From an uncultured Planctomycetota bacterium (GTDB lineage: Bacteria > Planctomycetota > Planctomycetia > Isosphaerales > Isosphaeraceae), in contig CAWGMQ010000003.1 of the NCBI GenBank assembly GCA_963823665.1, positions 1,696,001-1,760,000 on the forward strand: 64,000 nucleotides of DNA. Direction: 5' to 3'. The position numbers and the translations under genes are program-made. The notes under the pieces were generated by a model. The model worked only from the letters and a program-made list of their open reading frames with translations, was not told the origin of the DNA and did not search any database. Positions 9,132-18,527 of this stretch are shown piece after piece (position 1 is the first letter of the stretch; each line of letters begins with the position of its first letter).

Positions 9132-11717
9132 ATGATGTCATTCCTCGGCCCGGTTTTGGTCGCCGTGTTGGCAGCGGCCCAGGCACCCGCTCAAACGCCA
9201 CCTGATCGAAAGCTGTCCGGCGAAGTCGTCGACGGCGAAGGCAAGGCCGTGGCCGATGCCCGCGTGGTGTTCTACGTTCCGCCCGCAAACTTTCGGCGTG
9301 TTAGTCCCCTCGAGACGCAAGCGAGGACCGATCAAGCCGGCAAATTCAGCGTGGTTCGGCCTCGCGTAGAAGTACAGAGGCTCATCGGCGGCAACTTCCT
9401 GGCTTTTGCGCCGGGGCGGGCGATCGGGGCGGTGTCTTACATTGGGCAGCCGCGCCGATTGGTGCTGCAAAAGCCACGCACGCGAACGATCAAGATCGAA
9501 GGGCCCGACGGGCAGCCGGTCGCCGGTGCCCGGGTGGCCATCAGACTCCTCTCGGTCTTCCGCAGCACGATCGCCGAAGTTCCGCCGTCACTCGCGGATT
9601 CGCTCGCCACGAGCACCGGGCCGGATGGCACGACATCGATCGGCTACCTGGCAGAACGCGACCAGCTTGTTGCCGTCCGGATCACGGCCGATTCGATTGG
9701 GTCGCAAGACTTCCTGCTCGTGGAACGTCCCAGCCGCGCCTCCGAGCCACCCGTGATCACCATCAAGCTCAAGAGCACCGGCACAATTTCAGGCCGGCTC
9801 GTCGACGCGAACGCCCAGCCAGTCGCGGGACAAGTCGTCGAGGTTTGGACCAGAGGCGGGGGTACCCGGTTGCTGCCGAACCTGGTCGACTTCAAGGATG
9901 GCCCCCTCCGCACAGGTGCCGACGGCTCGTTCGAGACGCCGGCCAACCTCCAGAAAGGCACGCCCTACCGCGTGGCCGTCCGCGAGCCTGGCACAGATCC
10001 GATTTTTTCCGACTGGATCACGATCCAGGAGAAGTCGCATACGCTGCCGCTATGGGTGCAGCGACCGCTCCGGACCATCCGAGGACGCGTCGTCGACCGC
10101 CAGGGAAAGCCGGTCACGGGTGCCCGCCTTGTGCAGTCCGGCGATGGACCGGAGCGCACGGAGACGACGACCGACGCCGACGGCCGTTTTTCGCTGGCAG
10201 GGTTCCGCCAAGGCCCGGTGTTCATCTTCGTGCGCAGCGCCGGATTTCGATTCCACGGGCAACTGGTCAAGGCGACTGAAGTCGACGTGACGGCCGAGCT
10301 CACTCGCGAAGACGAGCGGCCGGCGCGGGAGATGAAGATGCTCCCGGATTTGATCCCGATCGACGAATCACGAGCGCTGGCGCGCCGGCTGCTCGAGCCC
10401 TGCTGGAAAGTCATAGCTGAAAAGTCTGACGACTTGACGAAAAACCGCTTCCTGTTGGATCTGCTGCCCGTCGACCCGGCCGGCGTGCTCCAGAAGCTGG
10501 AAGCCGTGAAATTCCAGTCGGAAACCCCGCGACTACTGCTGTTGCGGGAAATCGTGCTAGCGCTGGCCGAGCGTGATTTCGAGGAGGCCGCCACAGTAGC
10601 CGAGTCGATCCCGGACCCGGCGACGCGGTCCTGGGCCTTCGTTCGGTTGAGCGACCAGCTTCCAGATTCCGGCCGCGAGCGCAAGCTCGCGCTGCTCGAT
10701 CGAGCCTTGCAGCAAGCCAGAATCGCCAGCGACCAGGGCGATCGAGTAAATCAGATGGGCGAAGTCGCCGAGCGCTGGTATGAGCTGGGAAAGCCCGACA
10801 AGGCCAAAGCCCTCTTCGCCGAGGCCCTCAAAATCGCCACCGCGTTCACCGACAAGACCGATTTCAAGCGCGGCATGTTCGCCGCCAAGTTGGCATTAGT
10901 CGATCTTCCGGCGGCCGAGTTGATCGCCGGGGATTATAAGGGCGACCATTCCGAGGGTCGCATTCTCGCCAACATGGCCTTTCACCTCGCCGCGGAGAGG
11001 CCGGCTGATTGCGAGCGACTCTGGCAGCAGAGCCGGCTCAGCGTGATGGACACAGTACTCAGTTGGAAGCTGGCCACGGTCGATCCGTCACGTGCGCTTC
11101 GCGCGGTGAGCGCACGGTCAAAATCCACCCCTCAGCCCGAGCTCGAAATGTATATCGCCCTCGGAGCAAAGGCTCGCGACCAATCGATCTCTCGCCAGGC
11201 CGTACAAACCGCACTGCAAGGGCTCGACAAGCTCATGGAGGAACGGCCGGAGCGCTATGGGCTGGTCGCCGGACGTTTGTTGTGGCTGGTCGAACAGATC
11301 GACCCCACGATGCTGCCCGAGGTCTTTTGGCGCCAGCTCGCGGGCCGCTCACCTTACGGCAACCCGCGCGCTGATCACGCAGACGGTCCGACTGTCCGGG
11401 TCGCGGAGCTCGCCGTGTACGATCGTGAAGTCGCCGCGGCGCTGTTCCAGCCCACGCTCGCCCGCATGGAGCAGACCGATCCAACCGAGCTGGTCTCCTG
11501 GAGCTACGAGTTCATGTGCTGGTCGCTCATCGACCCCCGCGCCGCGGTTGCGCGGCTCGAGAAGATTCCTGTGCCGCAGGTGCCGGATTATCGGAAAGGA
11601 AACATCGCCGCGCGCCTGGCCGTCGCCCGTTTGCTCGCCCGCTCTAGCAAAGAACGCTGGCGCAATGAACGCGCTGACGAGCGCGAGGTCATCTTCGGCG
11701 GCAAACGAGGGTTTTAG
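9132..11717 (+). CDS. Secreted paralogue A1: carboxypeptidase-regulatory/transthyretin-like beta-sandwich repeats plus C-terminal helical (TPR-like) region
   Basis: Intact ORF; signal peptide; repeated GxVVDxxGxPVxxAxV...TDxxGxF units; conserved WSLIDPRAAV near the C-terminus. Confidence 0.85.
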   Translation: MMSFLGPVLVAVLAAAQAPAQTPPDRKLSGEVVDGEGKAVADARVVFYVPPANFRRVSPLETQARTDQAGKFSVVRPRVEVQRLIGGNFLAFAPGRAIGAVSYIGQPRRLVLQKPRTRTIKIEGPDGQPVAGARVAIRLLSVFRSTIAEVPPSLADSLATSTGPDGTTSIGYLAERDQLVAVRITADSIGSQDFLLVERPSRASEPPVITIKLKSTGTISGRLVDANAQPVAGQVVEVWTRGGGTRLLPNLVDFKDGPLRTGADGSFETPANLQKGTPYRVAVREPGTDPIFSDWITIQEKSHTLPLWVQRPLRTIRGRVVDRQGKPVTGARLVQSGDGPERTETTTDADGRFSLAGFRQGPVFIFVRSAGFRFHGQLVKATEVDVTAELTREDERPAREMKMLPDLIPIDESRALARRLLEPCWKVIAEKSDDLTKNRFLLDLLPVDPAGVLQKLEAVKFQSETPRLLLLREIVLALAERDFEEAATVAESIPDPATRSWAFVRLSDQLPDSGRERKLALLDRALQQARIASDQGDRVNQMGEVAERWYELGKPDKAKALFAEALKIATAFTDKTDFKRGMFAAKLALVDLPAAELIAGDYKGDHSEGRILANMAFHLAAERPADCERLWQQSRLSVMDTVLSWKLATVDPSRALRAVSARSKSTPQPELEMYIALGAKARDQSISRQAVQTALQGLDKLMEERPERYGLVAGRLLWLVEQIDPTMLPEVFWRQLAGRSPYGNPRADHADGPTVRVAELAVYDREVAAALFQPTLARMEQTDPTELVSWSYEFMCWSLIDPRAAVARLEKIPVPQVPDYRKGNIAARLAVARLLARSSKERWRNERADEREVIFGGKRGF

Positions 11718-11774
11718 ACTCGACGAAATGCCATCATCCTTTTCGGGCATCCGCCACAAGTAACGAGTTCACAC

Positions 11775-14353
11775 GTGACCACTCTCCCACTTTCGATGCT
11801 TCTCCTGGCTTTGATTGCTCAAACCCGGCCCGCCCCACGGCCGGCGCGGGGCAACGTCGTGGATGGCGATGACAAACCCGTCGCAAACGCGCGGGTCGTG
11901 CTCTATGCCCCGCCCGTGGCTTACTTGAAAGGCGATCCCGTCGAGGTCAAAGCCAAGACCAATGCCGACGGCCAGTTCAGCCTGGTCATTCCTCCCCTGG
12001 AACGGGCCGTGGTCAACGGCATCAGTTTCGTAGCTTATGCACCCGGACTGGCAATCGGCGCCACGTCGATCCTTCGCGGTGCTCACATCGTGCTGCAAGC
12101 TCCACGTCCTCGATTCGTGAAAGTCGAAGGACCGGACGGCGAGCCCATCGCCGGCGCACGGGTGGCACTCCGAGTTCTCTACGCCTTTGGCGGCACGCAG
12201 GCCGAGATTCCCCAATCACTCGCCGATCCTCTGGCAACCACCACCGGCCCCGACGGCATGACATCGATCGGGTACCTCGCGCCCCGGGACCTGCTCGTCG
12301 CCGTCCGGATCACGGCAGATTCCATCGGCTCGCAGGACTTCGTGCTCGTCGAACGGCCAGGCCGCGGCTCCGAGCCGCCCGTGATCACCGTCAAGCTCAA
12401 GAACGGCTATCCGATCTCCGGTCGACTCGTCGACGAAAATGCCCACCCCGTGCCCGACCAGGTGGTCGAAGTCTGGTCGCGTGGCAACGGAAGCTGGCTC
12501 AAAGCAAATCAGGTCGGATTCAAGGACGGCCCGCCAAGAACTAACGCGGACGGCTCTTTCCACATACCGCCAAATCTTCAGCAAGGCTCAGCCTACCGCA
12601 TAGCGATTTGCGCACCGGGCAAAGACCCGATCTTTTCCGCCTGGATCACAATTCAGGACAAAGCACACACCTTGCCTCTGCTGGTGCAGCGATCGTTGCG
12701 GACCGTCCGCGGCCAGGTGGTCGACCGACAAGGGAATCCGGTCGCAGGCGCCCGGGTTTTCCAGTCGGGCGACGGCCCCGATCGCACCGAAACCACAACC
12801 GCCGCGGACGGCCATTTCTCCCTGGGCGGGTTCCGGCCGGGCCCTGTGTTCCTCCTCGTCCGCAAAGATGGATTCCGGTTACACGGCCAGTTGATCAAGG
12901 CCACCGACGTGAATGTCGCGGCCGAATTGACCCGCGAGAGCGAGCCTCCGTCACGGCCGATGAAGACGCTCCCCGACGTGATCACCATCGACGAATCGCG
13001 GGCGCTCGCACGGCGTTTGCTCGAGCCCTGCTGGAAAGTTCTGGAGGGAGCCGAAGACCCGAAGAAAGGCCGCTTCCTCGAAGCCCTTGTGCCAGCCGAC
13101 CCTGCGGGCGTACTCGACAAATTGGCCACGCTGAAATTCACGAATGAATCCTGGCGCTTCCTTCTCTTGCAAGAAATCGTGCTCGCGCTGGCCGAGCGTG
13201 ACCAGGAAGAAGCCGCGTCCGTCGCCGAATCGATCCCGGACCCGGCCACCAGATCGCTCGCGCTGGCCGAGTTGTCCGATCGCCTCCCAGAGCCACAGCG
13301 CGATCGCAGGCTGGCGCTGCTTGATCGCGCGTTGCAGCAAGCCAGAATCACTGCCCACCAAACTGATCGATTGGCTCGGCTGGGCGACGTGGCCCTCCGC
13401 TTGAGCGAGCTGGGACAATTGGACAAAGCCAAGGCTCTGTTCGCCGAGGGCTTGACGATCGCCACGCCGCTCACAGGCAAGACCGATTTCAAGCGCGGCA
13501 TCTTCGCCGCCAGGCTGGCGCTCGTTGACCTCCCCGCGGCCGAGAAAATGGTCCGTGACTTCAAGGGCGACCGCAGTGAGGCCCGTGTAGTGGACAACAT
13601 GGCCTTCGTGCTGGCTCAATCGCGGCCTGACGATGCCGAGCGGTTGTGGTGTCAGATTGCGAGAAGCGGGCGGTCACCAGCCATCATGGACGGGATCGTC
13701 GGTTGGAAGCTCGCGGGAGTCGACCCGCCTCGCGCACTACGGGTCCTCGACACGTTCCGGAAAACCGGCTACGGCCCCGCGGCCTATTTCTACCTCGCCC
13801 TGGGCGCTGCGCTCGCGACGAATCCATCTCTCGTCAAGCGTTTCAGACCGGCTTGCACGGTCTCGACCAGATGATCGAAGAACGTCCGGAGAGCTACCCG
13901 TTTGAGGCCTTAACATTGTTGCCGGTGGTCGAGGCCACGGACCCGGCGCTCGTGCCCGAGGTCCTCTGGCGCCACGTCGCGTCGCGCCTGCCATATGGAA
14001 ACCCGCGAGCACTTCTATCAGAAACATCCTCACTGCAAATCGCCGAGATTGCGTACTTTGACCGACAAGTGGCCGCGGCTCTCCTGGAGCCCACGCTCGT
14101 ACGCATGGAACAAGCAAGTCCAGATGATCTGGCTCACTGGCCCACCGAGTTCGTGGCGTGGTCGCTCATCGACCCCCGCGCCGCGTTCGACCGGCTCGAC
14201 AAGATCCCGGTCGCTCACGACACCGACATCAACTGCGGCAGCAACGCCGCTCGAATCGCCGTCGGCGCTTCCCTCGCGCGATCCCGTCTGGAGCGCTGGC
14301 GTGCCAAACACGACGAGCGAGAAATCATTTTTAGTGGAAAGCGGAACTCTTAA
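11775..14353 (+). CDS. Secreted paralogue A2 (frameshift near 13810)
   Basis: Colinear with A1 (AVRITADSIGSQDF, DESRALARRLLEPCWKV, KTDFKRG). Joins ORFs 11775..13874 and 13646..14353 where A1 reads GAKARDQSISRQA. Confidence 0.85.
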
Positions 14354-14395
14354 GAATGCCCGGGCGACAATAATCTCGGAGGTTTCACTTCACTG

Positions 14396-15837
14396 ATGAA
14401 ATTGAACACAGCCGCATTCGCCCTGGCCCTGGCGCTGGTTCATCCTGCTTTTGATGCCCAAGCCCAAGCCGTCTCTGCTTCCCAGCCAGGCTGGCGCTAT
14501 GTTCTGCCCGCCCCCGGCGACCCGTTCGATCATGCTCCGTTCCGCGCCTTGGTCTTGACCCGAGAGAAGCCCGAGGAACTCGTCGAGAAAGCAGCCTATC
14601 GAGGCGAGAAATCCCGCCGCCGCTACGCACGCATCCGGTACGGCAGTCCCAGCTCGATCAGGGTGAGCATCGTGCTCGACGAGACGGTAAACGGAGAGGT
14701 CGACCTTTACGCCGATGCCGACCGCAACCTCCGCATCGACGACCGAGACCGCGTCAGCGCCCCGCCGGATCTACTGATCGAAGCGCACGGATTTGGCGGC
14801 TTCCCCTCGACGTGGCCGTCATCGAGAACGAGACCGTGCGACCCTTTCCGCGCGCGGTCGTGTTCCGCCTGGGCGCTAGCGGGCAAACGCTCGGTTATGC
14901 CACGGCAGGATACCTGGAGGGAACCGTCGTTGTGCGGTCCCACGAAGATGATAACGACAAACACAAACAGAACCGTGTCCTGGCCGCGCGGCGCGTCGAC
15001 GGCGACGGCAACGGGTTCCTCGCCGACATGCAGGACCGCCTGTACCTCGACCTCGATGGCGATGGGCGTTTTGATCCCGGCGTCGAACAATTCCTCTTCT
15101 CCACCGTGCTGAACCTCCAGGGCGCACGCTATATCGTCCGTTCCGACGAGCTGGGAAACCGGCTTGCGATCGATCCGCTCGAGGGCACGGGCACTCTCCG
15201 CCTGGCGCTTCAACAAAACGGGCCCTCGCCCGCTCCCAAGGTCCTCGAGATGCACGCGACGGCGATCGGCCGCGACGGCTCGGTGTTTGCCTTGTCGGGC
15301 AGCGAGCCAGCGGTCGTACCCGCCGGTGAGTATCGCCTTGGAAACCTGACCGTCTCGCTCGAGCACGCCAAGAGTGGTGAGGCGTGGACGTTCGTCTTCT
15401 CCGACGGCCTTTGGAGTCGCGGGCCCCGCTGGTACAAGGTCGACAAGGATGCCGCGGTCACGATCGACCCGGTCGGTAAGCCGAGTTTCGAGCTCGTGCG
15501 ATTCGATTCCAACGCGACAGCCACGCCCGGCGGGGACGTCGTCGTCCGCCCCGCCCTTTACACCGGCGACGGGCTGCTGATCATCGTCGGCTACTGCGGA
15601 AAGCCGGTGTCGCCCGCAACCCAGGAGCTTCTGGCCGCCCAGGTGAACTTGCTGAAAACCGACGGCCAGACGATGGCCACTGCCCACTCCGGCTTCTCCT
15701 GAGGCACTTTCTGCCAGGCCTCGGTTCGAGTGCCTTCGTCGCAGCCAACGGGGCCTGTCACGATCACCGCCGATTTCGACTCCGGCCCCCTCGCCGGGAC
15801 GTTGCACGCGACCACGACGGTGAACGTGACACCGTAG
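14396..15837 (+). CDS. Secreted protein with Dx[DN]xDG-type Ca-binding motifs; probable selenoprotein with in-frame UGA at 15700-15702 (UxxxC); frameshift near 14768
   Basis: Signal peptide MKLNTAAFALALALVHPAFDAQA; DGDGNG and DLDGDG motifs. After TGA the frame continues GTFCQASVRVPSSQPTGPVTITADFDSGPLAGTLHATTTVNVTP-TAG(15835-15837). A CDS to 15702 is well supported; the extension is inferred. Confidence 0.7.
15701..15736 (+). promoter_or_regulatory. Candidate bacterial SECIS hairpin directly at the UGA
   Basis: GAGGCACUU(15701-09) pairs with GAGUGCCUU(15728-36); upper stem GCCA/U(c)GGU closes the apical loop GGCC (15717-20). Confidence 0.55.
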
Positions 15838-15850
15838 AGAGCGATCCCGT

Positions 15851-15873
15851 GTAGCAGGCACACTCCGTGTGCC
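15851..15873. repeat. GTAG-type REP-like palindrome
   Basis: GTAG-CA-GGCACAC-tcc-GTGTGCC, 13 nt after TAG 15837. Confidence 0.65.
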
Positions 15874-15907
15874 GCCCGCTCACCCAAGTATCAAGGAGAT
15901 TTGAGGC

Positions 15908-18513
15908 ATGACGGCGCTACTCGGCCCCCTGCTCTCCGCGCTCTTTCTGATCCAGGCCCAGACCCATCGCACAGTTGCCGGAACCGTCATTGACAAAGAA
16001 GGCAAACCGATTGCGGGTGCCACAGTCGAAATGGCGCCACAGGCCAATCCCTATCTCCCGGGTGAGCCGGCCCGAGCCCAAGCAGCCGTCAAGGCTTTGA
16101 GCGACAGCAACGGTCGGTTCGAGCTCAGAATCCCGCCGGGCCGAATCTTCACGACCCAACTCCGTCTTTGGGCTCATCAACCGGGGCGAGCCGTCGCCAC
16201 TGAGCAGTTGCTGAACGTGAACGAGATTGGGAAGCCTCCTCAAATCGTGCTGTGGAAACCCGAGCCGCGCACCGTGAAAGTCGAGGGGCCCGACGGTAAA
16301 CCTGTCGTTGGCGCGCGGGTTGAACCCCGGTCGATCTCCTTTCCCGGCGGACCTGCCTTTGGTCGCATTCCCGCGTCCCTGGCCTCGCGACTGGCAGTGA
16401 CCACCGGACCGGACGGAACCGCAACGGTTGCGTACCTCGCCCGCCAGGACCGCCTCGTGGCGCGCGACTCACCGTCGATGCGATTGCTGAGCAGGACCTG
16501 CCGGTGGCGGAGGAAATGCGCAACGGCCCGCTCGGTCCCACCGTCGTGATCAAGCTCAAGAAGACGAGCCGGCTTTCCGGGCGGATTTTAGACGACGCAG
16601 GGAAGGGCGCGGCCGGCCAAACGGTCGACGTCTGGTGCCGAGTCAACGACGGCATATTCGCTTCCGGGTCGGTCACCTTCAAGAACGGTCCGGTGCGAAC
16701 GGCCGCGGATGGGTCGTTTCAGACCCCGGATAACCTCATGATAGGCTCATCCTATCGCTTGGTGGTCCGCGAGCCGGGTAGGGAGCCGATCATCTCCGAT
16801 TGGATCGGAATCACCGAACAGCCCGTGACAGTCGCTCCGCTCAAACGGCGGGCGGTTCATTCGGTCATCGGCCGGGTGATCGACCGGCAAGGGAAACCCG
16901 TCGCCAACGTCGAAGTCTTCCAATCGTTCAACGGGCCCGCCCAGACCCTCCGCACGGATGGCGACGGCGGCTTCGCGCTGGAGGGCTTGCCTCTTGACAC
17001 GGTGTTCCTGTTTGCACGGGGCGAAGGATTCCGGTTCCACGGTCAAATGCTCAAGCCGGGAGATGACGAGGTCACGGTCGTGCTGACGCGCAGCACCGAG
17101 CACCCGCAGCGCGAGTTAAGGAAGCTGCCCGACCCGATCCCGCTTGACGAGTCGCGCGCAATGGCCCGCCGGATCATGGAGCGGTGGTGGAAAGCGGCCG
17201 TCGATAAAGGCGACGAAAACGGCAAGTTCTTCGCCGTCCAGTTCCTCATCCCGGCCGATCCGGTCGGCGCTTTGCAGAAGATCGGTGCCGTCAAGTTTGC
17301 GACCGAGCAGTCGCGGTCCCGTCTTCAGAGCCTGGCAGCCCGCTCGCTGGCCCGGACCAATTTCGACGAGGGCGAGACAGTCGCCGAGTCGATCGTTGAC
17401 CCCGGCATTCGCGCGCGGAACTCTGGCACACCTGGCCGATGTTGCTGCCAGAGAGCGCAAAAGCAGCGCAAGCTGGCGATTGTCGAACAAGCGGCGGTCT
17501 CTGCCAAGGCGACGAGCACGCCTTCGGACCACGTGTCTGCGCTGGGCGAGGTGGCAGGGCGGTTGCTCGATCTGGGAAAGATGGATGAAGCCAAGACGCT
17601 CTTCGCGGAGGGCCTTCGCAATGCGAGGGAGTTCAAAGACGAGACGTTGCGGCGCAGGTCGTTCGCCGGGCTCCTGGCGCTGGTGGACCTGCCGGGGGCA
17701 ATAGAGCTGGCCAAGCAGGCCGGTGACGGGCGCTACGCGGCTGCCGCTCTCCACAGCATCGCCTTCGGCCTGGCCTGGGATAAACCGGCCCAAGCGGAGC
17801 AATTCTTGAAGGAATACCCGCCGGGAAAGGGCGCGGGTTGGCTGACTCCGAAGGTCACCTGGAAGGTCGCAACGCTCGATCCCAAGCGTGCCCGGCAGCT
17901 CGTTGACACCCGCCGCGATCAGCCAAATTACTTCGAGCACGAGTTTTGCCTGGCCCTGGGGGCGAAGGGGCGAGACGAGACAATTTCAAGGGCGGCAATC
18001 CAGGCCGGACTGCAAGCGCTCGATCTGACCCTCAAAAAACGGCCGCTCGTGCTGACCCGATCCGGTGGACCGTCACTGGCGATCATCGAAGCGATCGACC
18101 CGGCTCTGGTTGACGAGGTGATGTGGATCGCAATCGCGGCCCTGCCGCCCTCCGCGCGGGATATGCAGTTGAATGTGCCCGGCCCTGTTGTTGCACCGAG
18201 TGCCTGGTACGACCGCGATGTGGCCGCTGCGCTGCTTGCGCCGCGAGTACGGCGCATCGAGCAGGCTGCCGACCCCGCGCTCGTCAATGCGGAGCGGGTG
18301 CTCGACGTCTGGGCGCTGATCGACCCCCGCGCCGCGGTCGCCTGGCTCGAGAGAGCCCCGATGACCAGCACCAACCCCAACGACAACTTCGGGTGGATCT
18401 ATGTCGTCGAGAAGCTCTCCCTGGACAGAGACGAGCGCTGGCGAAAGACTTTTCTCGACTGGGCACCCGTCTTCAACCCGGCCAATCGCGATGTCATGTT
18501 CGACCGTTTCTGA
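15908..18513 (+). CDS. Secreted paralogue B1 (frameshift near 16465; compensating pair near 17415-17450)
   Basis: AAGGAG RBS; signal peptide; same repeat architecture; DESRAMARRIMERWW; WALIDPRAAV; ends NRDVMFDRF. Confidence 0.85.
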
Positions 18514-18527
18514 AGGAGTGCTTCCAC

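Noticed and set aside
17415..17450. CCC (triple Cys) motif in paralogue B1 as a metal site
   Set aside because: Produced by a compensating frameshift pair; the paralogue B2 reads GTLAHLADLLP at this position.
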